Shown here one piece after another: positions 28,686 through 38,269 of a stretch of 64,000 nt of DNA (positions are counted from its first letter, which is position 1; each line of letters opens with the position of its first letter). Made by a program: the position numbers and the translations under genes. This DNA is from Pseudomonadota bacterium. GTDB lineage: Bacteria > Bdellovibrionota > Bdellovibrionia > Bdellovibrionales > SG-bin7. Where the stretch lies: assembly GCA_034439715.1 (NCBI GenBank), contig JAWXAY010000043.1:18261-82260 (forward strand), in the 5' to 3' direction. The notes below the pieces were generated by a model that ran no database searches, had not been told where the DNA came from, and saw only the letters and a list, made by a program, of their open reading frames with translations.

Positions 28686-29452
28686 AAACTTTGAAATCTG
28701 TTTTATTTATATTGTGTTCGGTCCTAGAAATTCATGTCCAGGCCAAGGAATATATAAGTCTCCCAGTTGCAAAAAATGTTGGCCTTGAGCCCAGCGAATG
28801 TCTTTTAAAGTCTTCTCTCTGTAGTGTCACAACAGGGAGCAAAGAAAAATTTGTATTAACTTTTGGAACCAACGAAGCCACCTTGGGCCGAGACACAGTC
28901 GTAATAAGAGAAAGCGCAAACACGATTCATTTAGTCAAGGGATCTGTACTAGTGAAGAGTGATAAAAAAACAATCGTAAAATGTGAGTTTGGGCAAGTTG
29001 TGAGTTTAGACGGAGAATATTTGGTGAGCCGCGAGGCCGGGCGGGTAATGGTGCGAGCCATACTAAGTCCCTTGACAATTATTCCTAAAGGAAGCGCTGA
29101 GGAGTTGGTCGTTGAACCGGGATTTCAGAACTGGCTTTATAAAGTATCTCAATCAGGTCAGGCCCAATCAGGTATCCCATTGGTTTGGGATTTGGAAGAT
29201 ATTGTAAAAACTTGGGCTCAACTTTATTCTGGGAATAAAGTTGAATTCCGCAAAAAGATGCGTAGCCTGAATGGCATTTGGAGCCAAGCTGTGATTAGTG
29301 CAAGTCAGCGTCATAAGATTTATGCCGAACGTTTACTGGCAAGCGCCGAAGAGGATAGAAAACATCGGGCATTTAGCCAAAAAAAATCCGACGAAGAGCG
29401 ACGTCAAATTCGCGAGATGATGATTCAGAGAAACCACCTCGACCTTTTCTAG
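28682..29452 (+). CDS. Hypothetical exported protein, FecR-like beta domain plus helical tail
   Basis: Signal peptide (VQA); IHLVKGSVLV FecR-like strand pattern; ATGA overlap with the TPR gene. Confidence 0.65.
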   Translation: MKTLKSVLFILCSVLEIHVQAKEYISLPVAKNVGLEPSECLLKSSLCSVTTGSKEKFVLTFGTNEATLGRDTVVIRESANTIHLVKGSVLVKSDKKTIVKCEFGQVVSLDGEYLVSREAGRVMVRAILSPLTIIPKGSAEELVVEPGFQNWLYKVSQSGQAQSGIPLVWDLEDIVKTWAQLYSGNKVEFRKKMRSLNGIWSQAVISASQRHKIYAERLLASAEEDRKHRAFSQKKSDEERRQIREMMIQRNHLDLF

Positions 29453-29534
29453 ACCAATCCTCCAAGAAAATTTAGAAATTTCAAATGAATATGCTAAACT
29501 TGAGAATAAGAAGAAATCTCAAGGAGGAGAACCT

Positions 29535-31202
29535 ATGTCTAGTGTGTCATCAAGTTCAGGTAAAAAATCGTACAATGAATCTGTCAAAAAAAATCAAGAC
29601 AAAAAGTCCGAACAGCAAAATCAAGTAACCGCCAAACATAGAAAAGAAATTAAGAGTCTCTCGCAAAAATATTCTGAAGAAATGGAGATTTTAAAGGACC
29701 GACATCAACAAGAAATGACTCAGTTGAAAACCAGGGCAAATGAGTCGATCAGTAAACGCGACCGTAAAAATACCGAGGAAATCTCTGATGTTCGCAATAT
29801 CCACCGTCAACAACTTGAGAAAACGGCCAGAGAAAACGAAGAACGTGTCGAAGTCATGAAGAACCAATATCAAACTCAAAATGAAAAGCTCAAAAAAAGC
29901 ACTGAAAAACAAATAGAGATTAAAGATAAAAATTATCAGAATGTTGTGGACGAGAATCATAAGAGGTTTGAGGGCTACGCAGAATCCATGCGTGAAGGCA
30001 TGCAAGACGGATTAGAGAATCAAAGAAATAAAATCGAAAACAAGTATACCAAAGAAGTAAAGATTCTCATTGATGATCGAGACCAGCAGATGCAAAACGC
30101 CCAAGAAGGTAACCGTCGAATGCGAGTTGACAAAGATGGTGAAATCGCGCGTCTGGAGCAACTCAAAAGAGATCAAAAGGAAAATTTGGCCGAAGACTAT
30201 GTGATCAAAGTGGGCGAAGAACGAAAACACCATGCTGCAGACATTGAAAATAGGCGTGAGGTTTATAAGGAGTCCGTGGATCAATTACGTGAGCGCTACC
30301 GGCAGGCACTGGATAAAGAAAAAATTGAGAATGCCGAGAATCAAGGCGGTTTTAAAAGAGGGGTTGAGGGTCGGCTGGGAGAACAAGTCAGAAATCTTGA
30401 GCGTCGGGTCAATCAAATGAAGTCAGATCACGCTGCCACTGAAATAGAATTAAAAAAAGGTTACGAAAAACAAAAACAAAATTTGAGAAATGCTTTTCAA
30501 CTAAACGTTGAAGATTTTGAAAAACAAAGGGACGAGTCGGTAGATCTTTATAAAGAAGTTGCCCATAAAGATGTACTTAAATCAAAAAAGGAATTTGATA
30601 AATTACTAAAAATGAGTAACACCTATCACAGGGGAGAAATCAATAGTACAAAGTCGCGGTCCGATGAAACTATTGAGCAAAAAAAAGAAGAATATGCCCA
30701 CATGAAAGATCATCTCACTCAGAGAATGAACAAGCGGGTAGCCACAGTACAAACCGGCCTGCAGCTTGAAAACAAAAAGTCACAGGATTATTATAATGAT
30801 TCTTTAGAGCAAATGAAGATGGAACAAAGCGACTCGCTAACAGATGTCCGGGAGAAACTCACTAACGATAAAAAAGAGGTCGTAGGTCACTTACGACAGA
30901 GTTTACGAAAAAATGCCATGAAAAGTAACGAACAGTTGATAGGCACGAAATTGGAGCTAGAAAAGAAGCTGCAAGGTATTGCCGACGATAATGAGCGCCG
31001 CCTGCGCTCACTGAAATGGGAAAGTGATCGCATACTCAAAGAGCAAGCTAAAGAAAGTAAAATGTCACTGGAGATGAAAGAACAGCAATATAAATCCAAA
31101 ATAGTTCAGATGCAGGATGAATATAAGAAAAACGTTGACGTCATGAACAAAAACCATCAAGACGAAGTAACAAAACTTATTATCGGGCAAAAGAAAGTCT
31201 AA
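29535..31202 (+). CDS. Highly charged coiled-coil protein
   Basis: Strong SD aaggagg; E/K/Q/R-rich; no Pro or Cys and no hydrophobic segment in 555 aa. Confidence 0.85.
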   Translation: MSSVSSSSGKKSYNESVKKNQDKKSEQQNQVTAKHRKEIKSLSQKYSEEMEILKDRHQQEMTQLKTRANESISKRDRKNTEEISDVRNIHRQQLEKTARENEERVEVMKNQYQTQNEKLKKSTEKQIEIKDKNYQNVVDENHKRFEGYAESMREGMQDGLENQRNKIENKYTKEVKILIDDRDQQMQNAQEGNRRMRVDKDGEIARLEQLKRDQKENLAEDYVIKVGEERKHHAADIENRREVYKESVDQLRERYRQALDKEKIENAENQGGFKRGVEGRLGEQVRNLERRVNQMKSDHAATEIELKKGYEKQKQNLRNAFQLNVEDFEKQRDESVDLYKEVAHKDVLKSKKEFDKLLKMSNTYHRGEINSTKSRSDETIEQKKEEYAHMKDHLTQRMNKRVATVQTGLQLENKKSQDYYNDSLEQMKMEQSDSLTDVREKLTNDKKEVVGHLRQSLRKNAMKSNEQLIGTKLELEKKLQGIADDNERRLRSLKWESDRILKEQAKESKMSLEMKEQQYKSKIVQMQDEYKKNVDVMNKNHQDEVTKLIIGQKKV

Positions 31203-31208
31203 AATTTA

Positions 31209-32681
31209 ATGATCTCCCAACGTCGAGTTAAAATAATAGCCACTGCGGGGCCATCGCTGGCCACTAAAGAGGCGCTTAAAAGTGCTGTTGAAGCTGGTCT
31301 CAATGTCATAAGACTTAATTTTAGCCATGGTACACATTTAGATCATTCAAAAACTATCACATGGGTCCGTGAGCTTTCTCGAGAGCTGGGATCACCACTA
31401 ACAGTGCTGCAAGATCTCCAGGGACCAAAAATTCGTGTGACCAAATTTAAAGATGGTTTTATAAACCTCAATCCGGGACAAAATGTATCACTAGTTCCCG
31501 GTTTGGGCGTAGGGGATAACCAGAATCTAGGAATTGATTTTCTGAAAGTAGGGCAGAGTGTAAAGCCAGGCACCAAAATTTTATTGGATGATGGGCTGAT
31601 TGAGTTGGTCGTGATAGCGGTCAATAGCGACGTGGTTTCGTGTCAAGTTATTGCGGGGGGAGTTCTTAAGGATCGAAAGGGAGTTAACATTCCGGGAGCC
31701 TATTTGCCCATCGAGTGTCTTACTGAGAAGGACTTGCTTGATTTGGATTTTGGTTTGTCTCAGGGCGTAGATTATGTCGCATTAAGCTTTGCCCGACGCG
31801 GAGACGACATCATTAAGCTGCGAGATCTCATTGATAGAAAGCGTCCTGATACCCGAATTATTGCAAAAATTGAAATGCTAGAGGCCTTAGAGAATCTTAA
31901 AGAGATCATAGAGCTGAGCGATGGCATAATGGTGGCTCGAGGTGACCTCGCCGTCGAAGCCGGCCAAGAGCGTCTTCCGGGCATTCAAAAACAAATTATT
32001 AAGATGTGTAATGAATTTGGAAAACCCGTTATTACGGCTACTCAAATGCTCGAGAGCATGGTTACTAAACCCAGTCCTACGCGGGCAGAGATTACAGATG
32101 TCGCCAATGCCGTACTTGATGGCTCCGATGCTTTAATGCTTTCAGCCGAAACAGCGAGCGGAGCGCACCCCTCAAAATGTATAAAGGTCATGAATGATAT
32201 TATTATCGAAGTTGAAAAAGATTCTGACTATTATCACATCGATTATGACATTGGCGGAAATTTTTTGGCTTACGCTGACTCCATTAGTGCCAGCGCTTGT
32301 TTGTCAGCCCGAAAATTAAATGCCAAGGCTATTATCTGCCTAAGTACTTCTGGGAAAACAGCCGTTCGCATTTCGACTTATCGACCCAAAGCACATATTA
32401 TTGCAGTTTCAGAGCTTCAGGAGGCCCTTAATCGCTTGGCGCTGGTGTGGGGCGCAAGGAGTTTAAAAATTAATCCTTATGCTGATTCCGAAGAGGCGTT
32501 TGCAGAAATCGAAGCTTCACTTTTAAAATACGACGTCGTAAAACCTGGCGACACAGTTATTTTTACTCTAGGCATGCCTGTCGGTTCCAAGGCTAAAACA
32601 AATAGCTTAAAAATTCTCACTATTAGTGACCGGGATGTTAAACCTCTGCCGGCATCAGAGCTTCCACTAGGGTTTCGGTAG
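31209..32681 (+). CDS. pyk: Pyruvate kinase
   Basis: RLNFSHG, DLQGPKIR, IAKIE, DGIMVARGDL, ATQMLESM, PTRAE, MLSAETA. Confidence 0.99.
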   Translation: MISQRRVKIIATAGPSLATKEALKSAVEAGLNVIRLNFSHGTHLDHSKTITWVRELSRELGSPLTVLQDLQGPKIRVTKFKDGFINLNPGQNVSLVPGLGVGDNQNLGIDFLKVGQSVKPGTKILLDDGLIELVVIAVNSDVVSCQVIAGGVLKDRKGVNIPGAYLPIECLTEKDLLDLDFGLSQGVDYVALSFARRGDDIIKLRDLIDRKRPDTRIIAKIEMLEALENLKEIIELSDGIMVARGDLAVEAGQERLPGIQKQIIKMCNEFGKPVITATQMLESMVTKPSPTRAEITDVANAVLDGSDALMLSAETASGAHPSKCIKVMNDIIIEVEKDSDYYHIDYDIGGNFLAYADSISASACLSARKLNAKAIICLSTSGKTAVRISTYRPKAHIIAVSELQEALNRLALVWGARSLKINPYADSEEAFAEIEASLLKYDVVKPGDTVIFTLGMPVGSKAKTNSLKILTISDRDVKPLPASELPLGFR

Positions 32682-32689
32682 CCCATAAC

Positions 32690-33676
32690 CTACTTCTTAA
32701 TTTTTTTGAGGGAATAAATTATTTGCCAATAGGGGTAGATAGTTTCAAGGTCAGCAACTTTAAGTTTAGTTAAGATCTCGCCATTATTTGACTGCATTTT
32801 TTCGTTGAGAAGACCTTTTTCGATGAGGGGATTAGCTTCTTCGAGGCGAATTACTTGGCCAAAAGTAGCCATGGACTCATTTTGCATTTTGGTGAGAGAT
32901 ACCGTCGAGAAACCCTTGTCATCAATCGGTGACTGTTTGGCCAATTGAATCAAGGCTCTCAAAATCAATAGCTCTCTCTCTTCGATGGTAACGCGTTTTT
33001 TTTCTTCAACAAAAAGATAGTCATTGTAGAAATCAGTCAGATTTCCCAGCATATTGAGGTTTTTAATGATCACGCGCTGGCGCCCTTCTCCGAGATCTTG
33101 AATTATTGCGTAGCCCAACTCTTGTAAGGCTTCTATAAGTCTTTGCATTTTTGCTGTGGGCTGCTGAAATATCTGAATCGTATATTTTCTAAGAACACCA
33201 CTGGGGACGATAACTCCCTCGGGGTCGGGCTCACCATACTTCGTGCCAATGAGATGTAATATGGCTAAATAGCGAGTGATGGTGTGGGCGTCAAAAACTT
33301 CTTTTTCGTGCGTGGTGGTATTTTCAAGATTTTTTATTCTTTGATTGGCCTCACGTAAATGTTGATTGATGGTTTTCACCATCACCTTTAGCCACTCCGG
33401 AAACTTTTTAAACTGAGCATTAAGCGCTACAAAGGGAAGTGCAATTACTTCAGCATCGCCGTGGGCTCTGGCACCGGCGCTTCGGGGTTTATTGTCAAAA
33501 AAAGCCATCTCGCCGAGCATTGAACCCGGTCCAAGTTCCGCCAAAATTATTTCTGAATTTCCCTTAGATTTTGTGATTATAATTTTACCAGATTTCACAA
33601 CATACGCGGAGTCCGAGGCGTCGCCCTCGCGAAAAAGAAACTGCTTGTTTAGGATCTTTTTTGAACCTGCTGACAT
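32690..33676 (-). CDS. Cyclic nucleotide-binding domain protein (Crp/Fnr-like N-terminus)
   Basis: LFREGD, GEMAFFDNKPRSA phosphate-binding cassette; long non-canonical C-terminal region. Confidence 0.88.
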   Translation of the reverse strand: MSAGSKKILNKQFLFREGDASDSAYVVKSGKIIITKSKGNSEIILAELGPGSMLGEMAFFDNKPRSAGARAHGDAEVIALPFVALNAQFKKFPEWLKVMVKTINQHLREANQRIKNLENTTTHEKEVFDAHTITRYLAILHLIGTKYGEPDPEGVIVPSGVLRKYTIQIFQQPTAKMQRLIEALQELGYAIIQDLGEGRQRVIIKNLNMLGNLTDFYNDYLFVEEKKRVTIEERELLILRALIQLAKQSPIDDKGFSTVSLTKMQNESMATFGQVIRLEEANPLIEKGLLNEKMQSNNGEILTKLKVADLETIYPYWQIIYSLKKIKK

Positions 33677-33687
33677 TTCAATAGTAC

Positions 33688-33714
33688 TTGTCGGACGAAT
33701 TTATGTGAAATTGC
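33688..33714 (-). promoter_or_regulatory. Sigma28 (FliA)-like promoter
   Basis: Minus strand GCAA-N15-TCCGACAA, 11 nt before ATG 33676. Confidence 0.45.
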
Positions 33715-33795
33715 ACTGGACTAAAGGTTATTATGTTTCGATATAGGATAAGGCTTTTCCATATATGTAAAGAAAAAGTCTGTATCTTAGTCTGG

Positions 33796-34494
33796 TTAGG
33801 TTTTGCGCTTTTTTCGATATTGCATATTGAGAACCTCAATCAATAAAGAAAAGAACATAGCAAAATAAATATATCCTTTACCAATATGCCCACCCATACC
33901 TTCGATAACGAGCATAACACCGATAAGTAATAAAAATGAAAGCGCCAGAATTTTTATAGTAGGATGCTTGTCAACAAAGTCGGTGATGCTCTTTGCTGAG
34001 ACCAACATAACAATCATCGCAACAACCATGGCTATGACCATGACTGAGATGTTTTGAGCCATGCCCACAGCAGTAATTACCGAATCTAAAGAGAAAACAA
34101 TGTCCAACAAAAGGATCTGAAAAAGAATATATCTGTGCTTACCAGCGGCCTTGGCCGCGTCGTCAGAATTACTATCGTCGCCCTCAATTTTATGATGAAT
34201 TTCTGTGGTAGATTTAAAAATAAGAAATAAACCCCCTAAAAGTAATATTATATCTCGGCCACTAAAAGTATGCTCAAACATCGAAAACCAGGGGTCCTTT
34301 AAACTCATGATCCAAGTGATAGAAAAAAGCAATGCAATGCGAATTATTAGGGCCAGTGAAATACCAAGTGACCTCATGCGATTCTGTTTTTCGATGGGCA
34401 AGCGAGCCACAAGGATGGCAATAAAAACTATATTGTCGATGCCTAAAATAATTTCCATGGCAGTCAGAGTTAGAAGTGCTGTTACAAATTCCAT
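33796..34494 (-). CDS. TerC family membrane protein
   Basis: LGIDNIVFI, LLGGLFLIFKST, DIVFSLDSVITAVGM, KGYIYFAM. Confidence 0.95.
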   Translation of the reverse strand: MEFVTALLTLTAMEIILGIDNIVFIAILVARLPIEKQNRMRSLGISLALIIRIALLFSITWIMSLKDPWFSMFEHTFSGRDIILLLGGLFLIFKSTTEIHHKIEGDDSNSDDAAKAAGKHRYILFQILLLDIVFSLDSVITAVGMAQNISVMVIAMVVAMIVMLVSAKSITDFVDKHPTIKILALSFLLLIGVMLVIEGMGGHIGKGYIYFAMFFSLLIEVLNMQYRKKRKT

Positions 34495-34567
34495 ATTGCT
34501 ATTTACCCGCCTTGTGAAGTATTTTAGTCGTTGTTAGACTGTTCGTAAAGGTTTTTGGAGGTTAAAA

Positions 34568-35830
34568 GTGGTCGTTTTATTAGCATTGATGTTTTCTCAG
34601 TTAAGTTTTTCATCAGAGAATCTATTTAAACTTTATAAAGACCTTCACGCCAATCCCGAGCTTTCTTGGTCGGAAGAAAAAACTTCAGCTCGAATGGCTG
34701 AAGAATTAAAAAAAATAGGTTTTGAAGTCACAACTCAGGTTGGTAAAAGGGGAGTTGTGGGTGTTTTAAAAAACGGCAAAGGACCGACTCTGCTTATTCG
34801 CACCGACATGGACGCTCTGCCGGTCGAAGAAAATACGGGTTTTTCATTTGCAAGCCGGGTAAAAGCTAAAAACTCAAAGGGAGAAGAAGTGTCAGTCATG
34901 CATGCCTGCGGACATGATATTCATATGACGGTTTTTATTGGCACGGCCCAAATTATGATGAATTCAAAATCCCAATGGAAGGGCACGTTGGTTATGATGG
35001 CGCAGCCGGCAGAGGAACTGGGGCAAGGGGCGACGGCGATGTTAAAAGATGGTCTATTTAAAAAATTTCCAACACCCCAGTTTGCACTCGCACTTCATGT
35101 AAAATCTGACGCCAAAGCGGGGCACATTGCTTACCGGTCTGGCTTTGCCATGGCTAATGTGGATTCCATCGATATCACGGTTAAAGGAATTGGTGGGCAT
35201 GGGGCCTACCCACACAAAACCAAAGACCCTATTGTATTGGCGTCGCAAATTGTTCTAGCGCTTCAAACAATTGTGAGCCGCGAAGTATCGCCGCTCGATA
35301 ACGCGGTCGTTACGGTCGGCGCCATCCATGCGGGTACAAAAAATAATATTATCCCTGATAGTGCCCACCTCAAGATCACGGTTCGCACCTATAAGGACGA
35401 GGTGAGGAGTCACATTCTCAAAAGTATCAAGCGTATTACTTTCGGTCTCTCTGAGGCCGCGGGTATTCCTAAGGAGTTAGAGCCTGAGATAAAAGAGTCC
35501 GAAGAGTACACGCCAGCTACTTATAATGACCCTGGACTAATGAATAGGATAGTTCTTAGTTTTAAGAAAGTTATGCCTGAAAAAAATATTTTTGAGACTG
35601 AGCCAGTGATGGGTGGTGAAGACTTTGGCCAATTGGGTCGCACGGAACCCAAAATACCTATTGCGATGTTTATGTTGGGAGCAGCTCCACACAAAATGTA
35701 TGAGGAATATCATAAGAAGAAACAGCCGCTTCCGTCACTTCATTCAAGTACGTTCACACCCGACTGGGAAACCGCAATTCCTGCCGGAGTAAAGGCCATG
35801 ACTGCAGCGGCACTGGACCTTTTGCAGTAG
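34568..35830 (+). CDS. M20 family amidohydrolase (AbgB/HipO-like), probably exported
   Basis: HANPELS, RTDMDAL, MHACGHD, QPAEE, GGHGA, GEDF; short signal-like N-terminus; SD ggagg. Confidence 0.93.
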   Translation: MVVLLALMFSQLSFSSENLFKLYKDLHANPELSWSEEKTSARMAEELKKIGFEVTTQVGKRGVVGVLKNGKGPTLLIRTDMDALPVEENTGFSFASRVKAKNSKGEEVSVMHACGHDIHMTVFIGTAQIMMNSKSQWKGTLVMMAQPAEELGQGATAMLKDGLFKKFPTPQFALALHVKSDAKAGHIAYRSGFAMANVDSIDITVKGIGGHGAYPHKTKDPIVLASQIVLALQTIVSREVSPLDNAVVTVGAIHAGTKNNIIPDSAHLKITVRTYKDEVRSHILKSIKRITFGLSEAAGIPKELEPEIKESEEYTPATYNDPGLMNRIVLSFKKVMPEKNIFETEPVMGGEDFGQLGRTEPKIPIAMFMLGAAPHKMYEEYHKKKQPLPSLHSSTFTPDWETAIPAGVKAMTAAALDLLQ

Positions 35831-35833
35831 TAT

Positions 35834-35860
35834 TGAAATTGTTCGTCGATTTGCCGAAAA
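35834..35860 (+). promoter_or_regulatory. Sigma28 (FliA)-like promoter
   Basis: TGAA-N15-GCCGAAAA, 8 nt before ATG 35869. Confidence 0.5.
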
Positions 35861-35868
35861 GCTAGGTA

Positions 35869-36258
35869 ATGAGATCATACCATGCTTTTTTAGTTATTTT
35901 TTTGAGTTTTCTCATCGGTGTTGCTTATGCTACGACGTCAAAGAAGAATTCGGATTTGGCCCCTCGAAATAAGTGGCAGGCTTATATAAGTAAAAATTTA
36001 AATAGCGCATTTTGCCATGACGGCGGTTATTTTCGAACTTGCTTTCCGATTGATATTAAAGAATGTAGCACCACCGTTAAAAAACTTTCAAAATTCTGTC
36101 TTTCTTCGATGCGCCTTCCTGACCAAATTGATATGAATCAGCATGGAATTTATTTTGGCAGTAAAATTGGCTACTGCGTAGGGCAAAAACTGGAATTAAA
36201 CTTAAATCATCGCAAGGTTAACAACCCTAAGTGCGTTGATCCCAGGAAGTGGCTATGA
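35869..36258 (+). CDS. Small secreted six-cysteine protein
   Basis: Signal peptide (AYA); six Cys in the ~108-aa mature chain. Confidence 0.8.
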   Translation: MRSYHAFLVIFLSFLIGVAYATTSKKNSDLAPRNKWQAYISKNLNSAFCHDGGYFRTCFPIDIKECSTTVKKLSKFCLSSMRLPDQIDMNQHGIYFGSKIGYCVGQKLELNLNHRKVNNPKCVDPRKWL

Positions 36259-38228
36259 TAATTATTTTGTTCCTAGCCATGTTGTTTTCTACTTTGGGCT
36301 ATAGTGAAGAATGCAAAGTGACGTCCGAGCAGTTAGCCGAATTGCAAAGAATCTCCAATTGTGCACTTTCACCGAATTATCGTGAGTGTTCGATGAAATC
36401 AGGAATAGGTGTAGATGGCAATTCGATAGGTGCTAGTCAAGGTCGGCTTTTGGGAGTCAATTCGGCCGTCGAAGTATCTCAGCAACTAACTCAGCAGAAA
36501 AAAAAACGAAAAACGGCATCTTTATTTTTGTTCAGCTGGCAGTTTGCCTTGGCGCAGAGGTTTGATGACGATTTTACCTCCAAGGTAAATTCGCTTGCAG
36601 AAGTGACGGAAACTTCTATTAGCAACAAGATTGCAGAAAGCAATCAGACTATAAGAAGACTCGACGAGAGCGCATTTAAAATTAGGGTTGAAGCCATCGA
36701 GTCTGCTCGAGAAAAGGCTTTAGCTGATTTTTTAGCTAAAAATAAAGGAGCTTCGACTTATGGTATGCTAGATATCCGAGTGGAAGAATTAAAAGCTGTA
36801 CCGCTAACAGACGTGGGAAAAAGAAACCAGGCATGGGTTGAGATTAGTCAGTTTTCAAGAGAGAATTTCAAGGATGCGGATTCATTTATAGAAAAAATAA
36901 AATACAACAGATATCATTCAACCGACCTCAACATTGCGAACGATTCCGCCTTTCTCAATGACCAGTTAAGTAAAGGCGGGTTGAGCGACGCCGCCAAAAA
37001 AGAGGCTCAAGAAGTTTTAGCCGCACGGGAGATAACGTCAAAAAATCTCGGACTATTAAAAATGCAAGCCGATGCCAATAAAGCTTTTTTGAGGGGAAGT
37101 TCTGGAAGACTCAACACAGATGTCAAAGATCGACAATTGGTAAAAGCTTGGATGGAAAACATCGTAGTTTTGCATGAAGACAAGCCCAGCAACTCAGTTG
37201 TAAAAATTTATGACATTGTGAACCCCGGTAGCGAGTTTTCAAAACCTGAAGAAAGAGCCAAAAAGCTGGTGGAGCAAGGTAAAAAAATCGCTGAAGCCGA
37301 AGGTCGCGCCCTTGAAGCGCAAGAGATCGAAAAAGCAAAAAAAATTGCTGGTAAGGCTGCACAAAAATATGGACTGAAGGCCTTGGCCTATGTCAGCGTA
37401 GGTCCCCTAGGCGCAGCCCTGGCGTTAAAAGATAATGTGGCAATGGCCCATGAAATTGTCTCGGGCGAACTAGCATGCGGCATTATTAAGGAGAAGTTTA
37501 CTCCTTACAAACGAGGGAATTCCGACAATGATTGTGTCCCGACCCCCGATATTCTTGATACTGATTACAACGAATTTTTGAATCTAGGAGACTTTCGTAT
37601 ACAAAAAGTAATTTTAGAAAGAAGCCCCGATCTCTGTGCCATCACTGGTAAAATGGCGAAGATGTACAACCCCACCGATTGGACACTCACTTGCACCAAC
37701 GAAGGGTTTGAAGCCATTAATGCCATCACTCAGGTAAAATCCAAAGTATTTTTAGATTCAAAAACGGGCCTGCCTAACAAGGCTACTTTTGAGGGTGACG
37801 AAGATTTTATAGAAAATGGGAGGAGTGCTTTTTCATTTGATAAAGGAGAAGTTCAAAAAATCTGCATCCGAGTAGAGGGAAAATTTAACTCTGCCGTTAG
37901 GGGTATTGCGAACTGGGCAGAAGGAGACGTGGACAAACGTTTCTGTCATCCTAGTTACAATTCTGAAATTGCTTTTGATTCTACTTTATCGGCAGGTGGC
38001 CTTTTTGATAAACCGGATCTCAGCTATGCTGAAGATCAAGAAACGGCAAAAAAACCTGGTGAACAGGGAATCAAATATTTAAAAACCAACACCTTTGCTT
38101 TTAGTGAAATGGGGCAATGCTGCTCAAAAGCGAGCACGACATATAGTATCGATCGCTGCAATGAATACACGCGAAAGGCCATGAAAGCCCGAATCCAATC
38201 AGAACCCAATCGTGACGTTACCCACTAG
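36255..38228 (+). CDS. Large secreted Cys-containing hypothetical protein
   Basis: ATGA overlap with the upstream gene; signal peptide (GYS); helical middle region; Cys-rich C-terminal domain. Confidence 0.8.
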   Translation: MIIILFLAMLFSTLGYSEECKVTSEQLAELQRISNCALSPNYRECSMKSGIGVDGNSIGASQGRLLGVNSAVEVSQQLTQQKKKRKTASLFLFSWQFALAQRFDDDFTSKVNSLAEVTETSISNKIAESNQTIRRLDESAFKIRVEAIESAREKALADFLAKNKGASTYGMLDIRVEELKAVPLTDVGKRNQAWVEISQFSRENFKDADSFIEKIKYNRYHSTDLNIANDSAFLNDQLSKGGLSDAAKKEAQEVLAAREITSKNLGLLKMQADANKAFLRGSSGRLNTDVKDRQLVKAWMENIVVLHEDKPSNSVVKIYDIVNPGSEFSKPEERAKKLVEQGKKIAEAEGRALEAQEIEKAKKIAGKAAQKYGLKALAYVSVGPLGAALALKDNVAMAHEIVSGELACGIIKEKFTPYKRGNSDNDCVPTPDILDTDYNEFLNLGDFRIQKVILERSPDLCAITGKMAKMYNPTDWTLTCTNEGFEAINAITQVKSKVFLDSKTGLPNKATFEGDEDFIENGRSAFSFDKGEVQKICIRVEGKFNSAVRGIANWAEGDVDKRFCHPSYNSEIAFDSTLSAGGLFDKPDLSYAEDQETAKKPGEQGIKYLKTNTFAFSEMGQCCSKASTTYSIDRCNEYTRKAMKARIQSEPNRDVTH

Positions 38229-38269
38229 GTATTCTTGCCCTTTAGGTTCTGTTATGATTTCATAGGTTA

